This document shows positions 1-9,135 of a stretch of 64,000 bases of DNA, in pieces. Source of the DNA: a virus (lineage: Duplodnaviria > Heunggongvirae > Uroviricota > Caudoviricetes); IMG/VR virus record IMGVR_UViG_3300025858_000011; one strand, written 5' to 3'. A model generated the notes under the pieces. That model saw nothing but the letters and a program-made list of their open reading frames with translations, made no database searches and was not told where the DNA came from. How positions within the stretch are numbered: the first letter of the stretch is position 1; every line of letters starts with the position of its first letter. Both the position numbers and the translations under genes were made by a program.

Positions 1-178
1 CGGCTGCCTGGACCTTTTTAAGTGCAGCAGCATGCTTAGATGTATGTTGGCCGATCTCGAGCTCAAGAGCCGTGATTCGCGCATTCAATCGAGTGGCCGG
101 AGTGCTTTTAAAGGGATTAGAAATTACAGTTGTTCCGATCATCATCGAAAGCGCACCAAAAATTGCTGTGACACTCAT
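1..178 (-). CDS. hypothetical protein, N-terminal part (gene continues past window start)
   Basis: ATG at 178..176 preceded by AAGGA; open frame to position 1; coiled-coil-like MSVTAIFGALSMMIGTT... Confidence 0.4.
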   Translation of the reverse strand, partial: MSVTAIFGALSMMIGTTVISNPFKSTPATRLNARITALELEIGQHTSKHAAALKKVQAA

Positions 179-180
179 AC

Positions 181-429
181 TTACTTATTCCTTTCATGAA
201 GTGCTCTTCGCACTCTAATTATGAATTGTGTCAATGTTTCGACTGGCCTTCCTACGTCAGGGGTATTTATGATACCATTCACGATGTGTTTACCTGGACG
301 ACCCCATCTTAACAATGACTGATCAAAATCCTTTTCATCTTTATTTAAAAGAATTTCGATCCGTTTTCTCTTATGAGAGATTTTGTGCAGCCTTGTTTTT
401 TGCTGCCTTTTACCTAATACTTTTTTCAA
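181..429 (-). CDS. hypothetical basic protein (82 aa)
   Basis: six-frame ORF, minus-strand gene run. Confidence 0.4.
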   Translation of the reverse strand: MKKVLGKRQQKTRLHKISHKRKRIEILLNKDEKDFDQSLLRWGRPGKHIVNGIINTPDVGRPVETLTQFIIRVRRALHERNK

Positions 430-436
430 TAACGCC

Positions 437-2056
437 TCACTTTAAAGATAATTTATAAAGAATGTTTCCTTTATAAGCTACTATTACGCCCTCTTCAGCA
501 GACAGCCGAAGTCCTTGTGGAAGACCAGAATCTCTTACTTCTAAGACTTTGAGATCCTCTATCCTTCTGATTTCCAAAACATCCTCGTCATTTAAAATAA
601 CAAATACTGAGTTATTTTTCATCCCAAAATTTATATCTGTTGTGTACACATCTTGTTTTAGAATATGTACATAAGATGAAAAATCTTTGTTAAAAACAAC
701 AAGGTGACGATCATATCTATTATTCTTATACCCTATTACAATTAGTACCCTTCCGATGCGTTTCATTGAGGCGATCTTATATCCGGACAATTCTGGAAGC
801 CTTACATTATGAACGGCTCCATCTTCCGGAAATAATACATATGGATTATTGAGAATATCCTGGTATACCACTCCATCAAAAACTTTTGAACTATTAGGCA
901 TGATGTCCCAAGATGTTGCTATTGAGGCTACATCATTTTTTCCAAATGTAGTTACATCTACCTTGGTGATAGCCCTTTCCTGGACAACGTACAGAGTATT
1001 ATCGGATAATATAATACCTTTTGCTGCCAATGTCAAGTTCAAAAAGGAAACTAGTCCCTTATAATACCTAACATAGAGCTTTTTACCAGCCTCATTAATT
1101 ACATACGGATCTTGACCATTAAAAACAAGTTGCCTTCCATTATAAAACCAATGTTGCCTGATTGAGGTTGGATATTGCTCTATTATATCCATTTGAAGTT
1201 GCTGGGATATAACTTTAATAGGAGCACTTACTACGGCTGCAGGACCAGTCATGCTAACAATTCCCGGGGGAGCTATTCTTGCTCCATCCTGAAAAAGTTT
1301 TTCATACCAGGACATGTACTCTTTTGGAATAATTCCGAAGTCTCTAATATTAGGTGGTAAAGTTGCTCTTTTATCTAACATCGAAACATTCTTTTTCATT
1401 CTCTCTACCATGTCCCTGGGTCCAAAGTCAGGATGTCTTCCCTTAAAAGGATGCGCACCAGTGTATAACATGAAGCTAATTATGGCGATGCCATACCAGT
1501 CTGTTAACTCAGTACACTCCTTGGAAGAGTAATCCTGGACACCCGGGGCCAATGCAGACACCTTATAAGATTTGGTTCCGTAGCTATCTACGTCAATCCA
1601 ATAGATCTTGGAAAGATCGTCGGATATCAAGATATTGAACTCATTAGTATCTCCGATTATAGCAGAATGCCTATGTACCGCCTCCGCGCCTTTAATTGAT
1701 AAATTTACCAATCTAGTCGCAATATCTGCAGTCATATTATTATTTGTCCAAAAATCATTGGATACCGCGACTACCCATTGAAGCGTATTCTTGGCCCAAT
1801 GCATCGCATATCCAATTCTTTTGGTATTTTGAGTAACAAATGCCTTAGGAGCGATGATCATCGGCTCTACTGCCATCGGAGAAAGCTCTTTAAACTTCTG
1901 TTCGGAGATGCATCTTTTAGGATCGTGATATATTTTTATTACTAATCCCATCGGAGAGTGACCATATAATACCGCTTCTCCGCCTGTAGCCAGATAGTCT
2001 TTAGAAGCATTAAGTTCAATTTTACCGATGCCTTCAATATTTAATCTCGTACCCAT
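437..2056 (-). CDS. protein kinase-like (RIO/atypical kinase-like catalytic motif) protein
   Basis: 539 aa; HRHSAIIGDTNEFNILISDD...IYWIDVDS resembles HGDLSEYNILV / IIDVSQ catalytic and metal-binding loops of RIO-type kinases; overlaps next gene (operon). Confidence 0.45.
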   Translation of the reverse strand: MGTRLNIEGIGKIELNASKDYLATGGEAVLYGHSPMGLVIKIYHDPKRCISEQKFKELSPMAVEPMIIAPKAFVTQNTKRIGYAMHWAKNTLQWVVAVSNDFWTNNNMTADIATRLVNLSIKGAEAVHRHSAIIGDTNEFNILISDDLSKIYWIDVDSYGTKSYKVSALAPGVQDYSSKECTELTDWYGIAIISFMLYTGAHPFKGRHPDFGPRDMVERMKKNVSMLDKRATLPPNIRDFGIIPKEYMSWYEKLFQDGARIAPPGIVSMTGPAAVVSAPIKVISQQLQMDIIEQYPTSIRQHWFYNGRQLVFNGQDPYVINEAGKKLYVRYYKGLVSFLNLTLAAKGIILSDNTLYVVQERAITKVDVTTFGKNDVASIATSWDIMPNSSKVFDGVVYQDILNNPYVLFPEDGAVHNVRLPELSGYKIASMKRIGRVLIVIGYKNNRYDRHLVVFNKDFSSYVHILKQDVYTTDINFGMKNNSVFVILNDEDVLEIRRIEDLKVLEVRDSGLPQGLRLSAEEGVIVAYKGNILYKLSLK

Positions 2057-2856
2057 TGAATTGCTCCCATCGATAGATCGTCATAATGTACGATGTTTCT
2101 TTTAGCAAAATCTTTTTCCATTCTTTTCAAACGTCGCTGAACAAATCCTGGAGAGGAATTATTAAACGTAGTTATTTCCTTTATTAGGGAATTTGATGGA
2201 ATAGCAACTAACCTATTAAACTCATTATTATTATAATAAGTCTCGATGCCATCGCTAAAAATAACTACCTGGGATATTTCGCTAACGTCCGCACTTATAA
2301 TGAATACTTCATCAGCTCCATCAGTTTGAGTACGTACTAATGGAATACTGTCCCTATCAGTGTGTATATATTTGCAAGATTTGGTTTTTACTTCTGATAT
2401 ATATTCTTCCTCAGAAGATGAAGAAAGTTTATAACTTAGATAAAAAGGTTTTTCCATTGGATATTCAACGATGTATTGTTGCGAAGATCCATCGGTGTAT
2501 TTAATATATATGCATCCATCCCCAAATAGATAAACATACACCATACCTTCTATTTCAAATACAACTCCCAATGTTGCGTCTAAAGCAGAGACAGGGATAT
2601 CTAACTCGTCAATTATCGATCTAGCACTTTTGATTACAGCCCTTCCAAATCGATCAGGTTCAAAAAGAACATCATCATTAAAGTATTTAATAACGTGGGC
2701 CGCCCGATGGGCAAGAATCCGGGCACCTACGTCAGAATACAAAGCGGAGGAGCATCCGTCAGATATTATGGTGTAATTTTCTCCACTTAGCGCATAATCT
2801 TGACAAGCAAGATGCCCACTACCAATTACGTAATGGGCATCCATCGATATTGTCAA
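2041..2856 (-). CDS. PP2C-like Ser/Thr phosphatase (PPM family) candidate
   Basis: 271 aa; SDGCSS, FGDGCIY, FSDGIETY Asp/Gly-rich motifs typical of PPM metal sites; start overlaps vWA gene stop (ATGA). Confidence 0.45.
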   Translation of the reverse strand: MTISMDAHYVIGSGHLACQDYALSGENYTIISDGCSSALYSDVGARILAHRAAHVIKYFNDDVLFEPDRFGRAVIKSARSIIDELDIPVSALDATLGVVFEIEGMVYVYLFGDGCIYIKYTDGSSQQYIVEYPMEKPFYLSYKLSSSSEEEYISEVKTKSCKYIHTDRDSIPLVRTQTDGADEVFIISADVSEISQVVIFSDGIETYYNNNEFNRLVAIPSNSLIKEITTFNNSSPGFVQRRLKRMEKDFAKRNIVHYDDLSMGAIQWVRD

Positions 2857-3587
2857 ATTGTCAATTGCGCGGATTTGCCCGACCCACGCGCCGATGATTG
2901 TGATGATACTGAAGAAGACACGATGCCAGCGACTTTCGCCAATGACTCTGGGGTTGCGTCCGCAACACCAGTGTAATAACTGATCTGAGCCTCATCTTTA
3001 AAACTTATAAGAGCTGTTTTACATTCTGTATCATTAATCCCGATGAGAATGGAAAGATGTGATGCTAAGCATTCATCATGAACAGACTTTAATAGTTGTG
3101 CCCCGATGTCAAATAAAGCTCTTTTAGATGCATTTTCGACACCGTCAGTAATAGTAATTTGGATACTATTTACATCATAATCTTGACCATACAAGTATTT
3201 TGCATAATCAAAAAGAACCTGCTGCCCTTCGAGGTGTGCATCAATCAAATTCGTAAGATGATCACACTTGAATGGCTTATATTGTGCAAGGATATCGATC
3301 GATTTTACAGGAATGAATCCATGAATCTCTTCGACACCTATTTTGGAATTAAAGATAGAAACCCGCAATAAGATGTTAGCACTTGTAGCACCCTTTTGCA
3401 ATGCTAATACTGCCGTTTTGACCATCTCAAGTAAATCATTAGAGAATGGCTGTGTACTCCCGGTTATATCCACTGACACATTGGCCAGTGTGTATCCTCC
3501 CGGCTCTTTCAAATCTTTTGTGCCAGTTCCGCTATATTGATACCCCATACCGGCATCAAAACTAATGTCATTTGCTAGTCTAGGCAT
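2853..3587 (-). CDS. von Willebrand factor A (vWA) domain protein
   Basis: 244 aa; MIDAS-like VDITGST and downstream ITITDGVEN; first gene of kinase/PP2C/vWA cassette. Confidence 0.55.
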   Translation of the reverse strand: MPRLANDISFDAGMGYQYSGTGTKDLKEPGGYTLANVSVDITGSTQPFSNDLLEMVKTAVLALQKGATSANILLRVSIFNSKIGVEEIHGFIPVKSIDILAQYKPFKCDHLTNLIDAHLEGQQVLFDYAKYLYGQDYDVNSIQITITDGVENASKRALFDIGAQLLKSVHDECLASHLSILIGINDTECKTALISFKDEAQISYYTGVADATPESLAKVAGIVSSSVSSQSSARGSGKSAQLTI

Positions 3588-3596
3588 AACTTTTCC

Positions 3597-4505
3597 TTAA
3601 AAATATTTGTGAACATCTAATGTATTTGAGACTCTCATGCCCTTTGCACGAAACTCATCAATCCAGGCCGTAGTGAGGTGTTCAAAGCCAGTGACGGGAG
3701 AAGAGGCGTTTTCCAAGAAGATCAATTTCCTGCATAGATCGTCTCCCCCGTATTTTACAATGTCACGCGCCGTATTTGCGAGACAATGTGATGAAGCCTC
3801 CCCCATAAGAAGAATAAGATCACCACCAGAAATTACTTGGATAAATGGGGTATTAACCATAGTGCTGGGGTCACTAGGATCTGGCACTTCCGCCTCGATG
3901 GCTGAATAATGCTCAGTTAAAAAGTTGGACCCCTTTGTTACGTAATCAACATTTGCCTGTTGAGTCTTTTCCCAATTGATTAATGCCTTTGAAATTGCTT
4001 CATGTAGTGCTTGCCCACGAGTCCCAATAATGCAATGCTCTGGCCAAATAAGATGCGGATATTTTCCACTTGCTTCTAGGGCCTGATCATATTCTAATAC
4101 TACCTCATATAAAGTTTTGTTTCCATGAGACTTTATTCGCATGCCAGGAGCGAATACGTTCCAGGTTCCATTTTTTAAAAGGTCATATGACATTAATGTG
4201 AATGGAGCAGGATTTTCTCCATGACTATTGATATACATCTTTGGATGAGAAATATCGAACACTCGATGTGAGTCGAGAGTCACATGGGCATCCTCCAGGG
4301 CATCACCATAATCATCAATGAACTTTGCCCCAGTTACCATGTCCTCATGGGCGTGTTCAACGTAAAGTGAGCCACGCCAATTGTGGTCTACTAAGGCAGC
4401 CTCAGCATCAGCGGGTAGGCCTGCTGGTATTGGAGTCTCATTTCCTTTTTTACAAAAATCATCCTCCGGGTCGATAATGACCAGGTGGATCTTTTTCTTA
4501 GACAT
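3597..4505 (-). CDS. isochorismatase-family cysteine hydrolase (nicotinamidase-like)
   Basis: 302 aa; HLVIIDPEDDF (cf. ALLVIDMQNDF), TKGSNF Lys, GEASSHCLANT Cys give a D/K/C triad. Confidence 0.55.
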   Translation of the reverse strand: MSKKKIHLVIIDPEDDFCKKGNETPIPAGLPADAEAALVDHNWRGSLYVEHAHEDMVTGAKFIDDYGDALEDAHVTLDSHRVFDISHPKMYINSHGENPAPFTLMSYDLLKNGTWNVFAPGMRIKSHGNKTLYEVVLEYDQALEASGKYPHLIWPEHCIIGTRGQALHEAISKALINWEKTQQANVDYVTKGSNFLTEHYSAIEAEVPDPSDPSTMVNTPFIQVISGGDLILLMGEASSHCLANTARDIVKYGGDDLCRKLIFLENASSPVTGFEHLTTAWIDEFRAKGMRVSNTLDVHKYF

Positions 4506-4515
4506 ATTATGTCCT

Positions 4516-5226
4516 TTAATTTATTTGTATTACTTTATTATATAATAATGTGAATTTGTCATTTATCTCAATGTCTTGGTGAAAATGACCGAAAAACCAT
4601 TTGGTAAATTTGACTTTGGACTGAATCTCATCAAAATATTTACGTAGACCTACTTCGAAACCTGCTTTACCTAGGATTTCATCATACATAAATATCTTGC
4701 ATAGTTGCTCAAATACAGAACTTGGGCAAGTATGGGTAATGATAAAGTCTACTTCTGGATATTTCTCCAAAGTGAATAATCCATTCTCCATCTCCGCGTA
4801 TGAGGGAAGTTCTTCCTCCCACCAAGATACAAATTCGGTTCTATAGGCCTTGTCTATTGAGGCGGCTCCACCGAATGTAAAAAAAGTCTTACCTTCGATA
4901 TTATAAACATTGCCTCGATACAGGCGAAAAATGGAATCAGAAACTATACCCACAACGGAACCAAACATTTCCTGGATTGGAAGCCTATTTAAACGATAAA
5001 AGTTTTCGTGATTTCCATCGACGAAAAGTGTAGTCCACGGTTTATCGTTATACCAATCGATGAGATATTTTTCTGTCTCGGTTGGTACTGTATCCCAAAT
5101 TATTCCCATGTCCCCGGCAACAATTACGTAATCACTCTTTGTAAGAGTTTTTCCAATTGGAAAACTCTTACTGGATAAATCATTAAAATCAATTACCCCG
5201 TGTTTGTCACCTGTAACAAATATCAA
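4516..5226 (-). CDS. calcineurin-like metallophosphoesterase
   Basis: 236 aa; GDKHG, GDMG, DGNHE, GHFH metallophosphatase motifs. Confidence 0.7.
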   Translation of the reverse strand: MIFVTGDKHGVIDFNDLSSKSFPIGKTLTKSDYVIVAGDMGIIWDTVPTETEKYLIDWYNDKPWTTLFVDGNHENFYRLNRLPIQEMFGSVVGIVSDSIFRLYRGNVYNIEGKTFFTFGGAASIDKAYRTEFVSWWEEELPSYAEMENGLFTLEKYPEVDFIITHTCPSSVFEQLCKIFMYDEILGKAGFEVGLRKYFDEIQSKVKFTKWFFGHFHQDIEINDKFTLLYNKVIQIN

Positions 5227-5250
5227 TATAACTCCTTTCTATTTTTAAAA

Positions 5251-5279
5251 TAAAAAAAGGGGATATTGCCAATCCCCTT
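5251..5279 (-). terminator. intrinsic terminator (minus)
   Basis: GGGGAT-ATTGCCA-ATCCCC hairpin followed by T7 on minus strand, after structured RNA/tRNA-Leu pair. Confidence 0.6.
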
Positions 5280-5289
5280 GTTTCTGGTG

Positions 5290-5530
<241 letters not shown>

Positions 5531-5533
5531 TTG

Positions 5534-5616
5534 TACCGAAAGCTGGACTTGAACCAGCATAGCTTACGCCAATGGTTTTTGAAACCATCGTGTCTACCAA
5601 ATTCCACCATTTCGGT
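5534..5616 (-). tRNA. tRNA-Leu(CAA)
   Basis: cloverleaf by eye: acceptor ACCGAAA/TTTCGGT, anticodon loop TTCAAAA, long variable arm, T-loop TTCAAGT. Confidence 0.75.
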
Positions 5617-5626
5617 TTGTAACTTG

Positions 5627-5711
5627 TGCCAGGGGCGGGGGTCGAACCCGCATGACCTTGCGATCGTTGGATTTTAAGTCCAGTGCGTCTGCCTAGTTTC
5701 GCCACCCTGGC
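5627..5711 (-). tRNA. tRNA-Leu(TAA)
   Basis: acceptor GCCAGGG/CCCTGGC, anticodon loop CTTAAAA, long variable arm, T-arm GCGGGTTCGACCCCCGC. Confidence 0.75.
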
Positions 5712-5764
5712 ATAACTAACTAAGCCCAGCAATCCCCGTTCTGGCCAGGCTTAGTTATATTTAC

Positions 5765-6730
5765 TTATTTAACATCAAAAAACAATTTTCTTTCATCATC
5801 TCCCCATGAGATGAATTTAGGCCCTTTATTGGATTTAATGTCTACCGCGTCTAATCCCCATTGCCCAATTGAGTATGTATTAACATACACCGCAATTTTA
5901 TGGTCTCCCAAAGCATACATAAAATCGAGAGCGGCTGATGTAGTTTCTTTATCAGTATTACGAAGTTGATTACAGGCCAATGTTACCTTTGTAACACCAC
6001 AATCTGCTAGTCTACTAGCAAATTTTTCAGCATTACTTGGAATTATAAAAGGAGCTATTGACACATATAAGTCAACTCCCGCTTTTGTGAGTATTTCAAT
6101 ATTTCGAAGTCGAGAATCTATGCTCGACGCCTTACAAAATCCAGGGACATCGTGGTCGGTCTCAACGCTAACCCCTAGTAAATTATGTGCAGGAAGGGGC
6201 TTTCCAGCAAGAATTCTCTTGACAAAAGTCTCGGGACACCTAGTGTGCTCGAACCATTTTTGCCAGTATCCCAATACCATCATGTCAAAAATGAGATCGT
6301 GCATCCACGTCGGATATTGCCAATGAAAGGCTTCAAATGACGATTGCACGTAGATAGTATGTGATTTTTTGGGAAGTTTTAATTCTCTAAGGGCAGACTC
6401 CCTAAAAATTGCAAACTTTTTTTCACAAAATGGTTTGTTATTGGGAACTATTTGCATTATGCACTCTTTGCATCCAATAGGACACATGCCCATAAATGGG
6501 GTACACGTTAGTGTGTATAACGTTGGACAAGGCTCTTCTGCCCATTTTGGAACTCCCATCTCATTTACTTCTAAGTAATTTTTATCTCTTTGCTGTAACA
6601 ACCCCAGATACGAAGAAGTCTTAAGGCAATAATCAGTACTATATATTATTACTGCTCCCGCCTTAATTTGAGAAAAAACTTCAGCGTTTCTTTTACCAGA
6701 AGGGACCCAAACTTTTTTAGTAGTTTCCAC
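5765..6730 (-). CDS. radical SAM enzyme
   Basis: 321 aa; CPIGCKEC = CxxxCxxC cluster motif. Confidence 0.6.
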   Translation of the reverse strand: METTKKVWVPSGKRNAEVFSQIKAGAVIIYSTDYCLKTSSYLGLLQQRDKNYLEVNEMGVPKWAEEPCPTLYTLTCTPFMGMCPIGCKECIMQIVPNNKPFCEKKFAIFRESALRELKLPKKSHTIYVQSSFEAFHWQYPTWMHDLIFDMMVLGYWQKWFEHTRCPETFVKRILAGKPLPAHNLLGVSVETDHDVPGFCKASSIDSRLRNIEILTKAGVDLYVSIAPFIIPSNAEKFASRLADCGVTKVTLACNQLRNTDKETTSAALDFMYALGDHKIAVYVNTYSIGQWGLDAVDIKSNKGPKFISWGDDERKLFFDVK

Positions 6731-6751
6731 ATAGAGCTCACTTTCTCTACT

Positions 6752-7648
6752 TTAAAAAATAATAGTTGCCCTATTACCCCATCCAGTATAAAGATGCCCA
6801 TCAGGAAGCCAAACCAGGCTTCTGACATCAGACGTATTGTTCTCTTCCTGGATACAATAATCTGAAAATGCGATGGAGATCCCATCTTTTTCCCAGATTT
6901 TCATTCCATATGGAAGAACGGTGTGGGGCTTTTTTCCAAGTCGTACCTGGTTTTCTTCAAATTTATAAGCCATTTCCCGATACCTTTCGGAGTCCACATG
7001 GGCTTTAATCCAGGTTACCTGGGAGCACTTGCGGGCATTTCCAGGAAACGTGACATTTCTTATCAGGAATTGTCTGACTGGACTTTCTTTTACCATTTCG
7101 AAAATGGTTACAAAGTCTCCCACGATCATGTCGGTTAGATTAATACAGACCCGGACAACGATTCCCTTTTTATCAAGTGCGATGAACAACTCCTTATATT
7201 CATCAATTGTCTCAAGCGTGTCCACCGAAAAGGCAACTACGCGGACTCCCGATGTAAAGAGCTGCGGGATTCGGTCTTGATTCTTATTTAACCATATCCC
7301 ATTCGTCTGTATTTCAATCAACATCGGCCAGAATGCTTTAGCCATTTTTATAATGGCACCATAGTTCAAAAATGGTTCTCGTTTCCCGGTTAAGGTACAC
7401 ACCGCCGCACCTGCGCATCTGGCAAAGTTTTTTACAAACTTTACGTTATTGTCAATAAGACCTTGATTGGTGATGACCATGCCAGTGATTTGACTAATGC
7501 AATACGGACAGCCTTTATCACAGGTTTCTCCAGGAATTGCGATTGTCAGGTTCCAGGATTTCATATTATTCCTTTCTAAATAAAAATTAATTGGCCGTCC
7601 CATTTTATGTCGAGGGGTTCGATTGACAAGGATTTTGTTCGACACCAT
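6752..7648 (-). CDS. radical SAM enzyme (activase/QueE-like small rSAM)
   Basis: 298 aa; IPGETCDKGCPYC CxxxCxxC motif near N-terminus. Confidence 0.6.
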   Translation of the reverse strand: MVSNKILVNRTPRHKMGRPINFYLERNNMKSWNLTIAIPGETCDKGCPYCISQITGMVITNQGLIDNNVKFVKNFARCAGAAVCTLTGKREPFLNYGAIIKMAKAFWPMLIEIQTNGIWLNKNQDRIPQLFTSGVRVVAFSVDTLETIDEYKELFIALDKKGIVVRVCINLTDMIVGDFVTIFEMVKESPVRQFLIRNVTFPGNARKCSQVTWIKAHVDSERYREMAYKFEENQVRLGKKPHTVLPYGMKIWEKDGISIAFSDYCIQEENNTSDVRSLVWLPDGHLYTGWGNRATIIF

Positions 7649-7701
7649 TTGTTCCTTGCCTACGTAAGTGACGGATCAACTTACTAACGGCCAATTAATA
7701 A

Positions 7702-7995
7702 TTACAATTTAAATAGCTCATGTCCGGGTGCTATAAAAATAGGAAATGGACTGTCATTCACACTAATCCCATTTTCAGCAAAAACTGCCAGGCTTTCCTT
7801 TTCCAACATAGGAGCAAGTTCCGGATCATATGTAATTTCAATTACATGTGACCTTCTAGAAAGACTATCAGAAATATCCTTGGACTCACGAAGCCCCAGG
7901 CCAGTTAAAAGCCGAATTTGCCGAATTACAAATATCTTATTCACAAACTTAGATGGCTTAGATAATGTAAGTGTCCAGGTTTTCATTTTTTGCAC
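7702..7995 (-). CDS. hypothetical protein (97 aa)
   Basis: ORF upstream of rSAM pair, same strand. Confidence 0.4.
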   Translation of the reverse strand: MQKMKTWTLTLSKPSKFVNKIFVIRQIRLLTGLGLRESKDISDSLSRRSHVIEITYDPELAPMLEKESLAVFAENGISVNDSPFPIFIAPGHELFKL

Positions 7996-8158
7996 TCCTG
8001 GTTAGTCATTGGTATACCAAAGTCGCGCATCATTCCGCGAAATTCATCGTAGTCTGATGTCATTGCAGTTATAAACTCCTTCATTGCTTTTCCTTTCTGT
8101 TAAGGTTAGTGCGGGTGAGAGGCATCGAACCTCCACGACCTTACGGTCACTAGATCCT

Positions 8159-8957
8159 CTTACTACAATACCTTTCAGTATCCATTTCTGTTGTAGTCTG
8201 GACTATATCATCACCTACAGTTTTATCTGTTTAGGGCTCGGCGTATAGTCTCTGAGGGGTCATTTCGGACTTCCCTGCGGATTATCAATATATCCTATAA
8301 ATTTTTACTTGATAGTCATTCCATAATTATGTATATTATGGTAGACAGATAGTATTATAGGCTTTACGAGTTTCCCGCATATAGCCAAGTACAAATTAGT
8401 TATTTCTAATTAATCGCTCAGTGTAATGAAGATAGATAAAAATGTTCTATATGAGTTATATACATTGCAGAAGCTAACTCCTTCGAAAATAGCTAGGAAA
8501 TTTAAATGCAATCATAAAACCATTCGTAGTTGGTTAAAAAAATATAATATTGCTATGCGTAGCCCTGCAGAATACAATTATTTAGCACGTCCGACACATA
8601 TTAGCCCCACTGATTTACTATTATTCAGTGACATTAGCATTGCTGGGCACATCGCCTATTTGTGTGAGGGATGGCATACTAATAAAACTACCCAATTATA
8701 TTTTTGTAATACTGATCCAATATTAATCAACTTATTCTGTAAAATGTTATTTACAATTTATAGTATTAATCATATTAGATACATCATTATTTCTCCAACT
8801 TTAGAACTATCAACAAAATTTAAAACTCTTTATCCTTCTGCAAAGATTTATATAGAACCGCTTAGAAAAAATCCTATTATACGAATCTATGCTGGAGGAA
8901 AAACATTAGCAAAAGAGTTTATAAATAATGCTTATAAAATATCCTCTTCATTAAGTT
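8159..8957 (-). other. group I self-splicing intron in tRNA-Leu(TAG), inserted after anticodon position 34
   Basis: P ATGCGGGAAACT, Q AATCCGCAGG, R TCAGAGACTATACG, S GATATAGTCCAGAC on minus reading; 5' exon ends in U, intron ends GTAAG (omega-G). Confidence 0.7.
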
Positions 8958-8959
8958 AA
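8426..8959 (+). CDS. HTH-domain protein encoded antisense inside the tRNA-Leu intron (possible homing-endonuclease-like ORF)
   Basis: 177 aa; N-terminal helix-turn-helix LTPSKIARKFKCNHKTIRSWLKKYNI; IAGHIAYLCEG weakly LAGLIDADG-like; stop codon abuts 5' splice site. Confidence 0.5.
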   Translation: MKIDKNVLYELYTLQKLTPSKIARKFKCNHKTIRSWLKKYNIAMRSPAEYNYLARPTHISPTDLLLFSDISIAGHIAYLCEGWHTNKTTQLYFCNTDPILINLFCKMLFTIYSINHIRYIIISPTLELSTKFKTLYPSAKIYIEPLRKNPIIRIYAGGKTLAKEFINNAYKISSSLS

Positions 8960-9135
8960 GTCTAGCGCGTATTCCAATTTCACCACACCCGCATAAAAAT
9001 GTAGCAACTAGTCAGTTTTAGGATTGATCAGATCCCTAATGCTCAAGAGCCCCTCGAGGTAACCGGCGCGTCGAGTTCTTCTTCTGACCCAAGCCTGTCA
9101 CAGTAGACTTTTTAGTGGGCTGCTACAATATCTTT

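Larger units (their letters stand above)
8110..8992 (-). tRNA. tRNA-Leu(TAG) interrupted by ~800-nt group I intron (exons 8958..8992 and 8110..8158)
   Basis: 5' exon GCGGGTG-TG-GTGAAATTGGAATACGC-G-CTAGA-CTT; 3' exon AGGA-TCTAG + long variable arm + GGAGGTTCGATGCCTCT-CACCCGC-A; perfect 7-bp acceptor; intron carries group I P/Q/R/S elements. Confidence 0.7.

Noticed and set aside
849-1532. Short plus-strand ORFs 849..1064, 1175..1360, 1314..1532
   Set aside because: Embedded antisense in the 539-aa kinase-like gene; no ribosome-binding sites.
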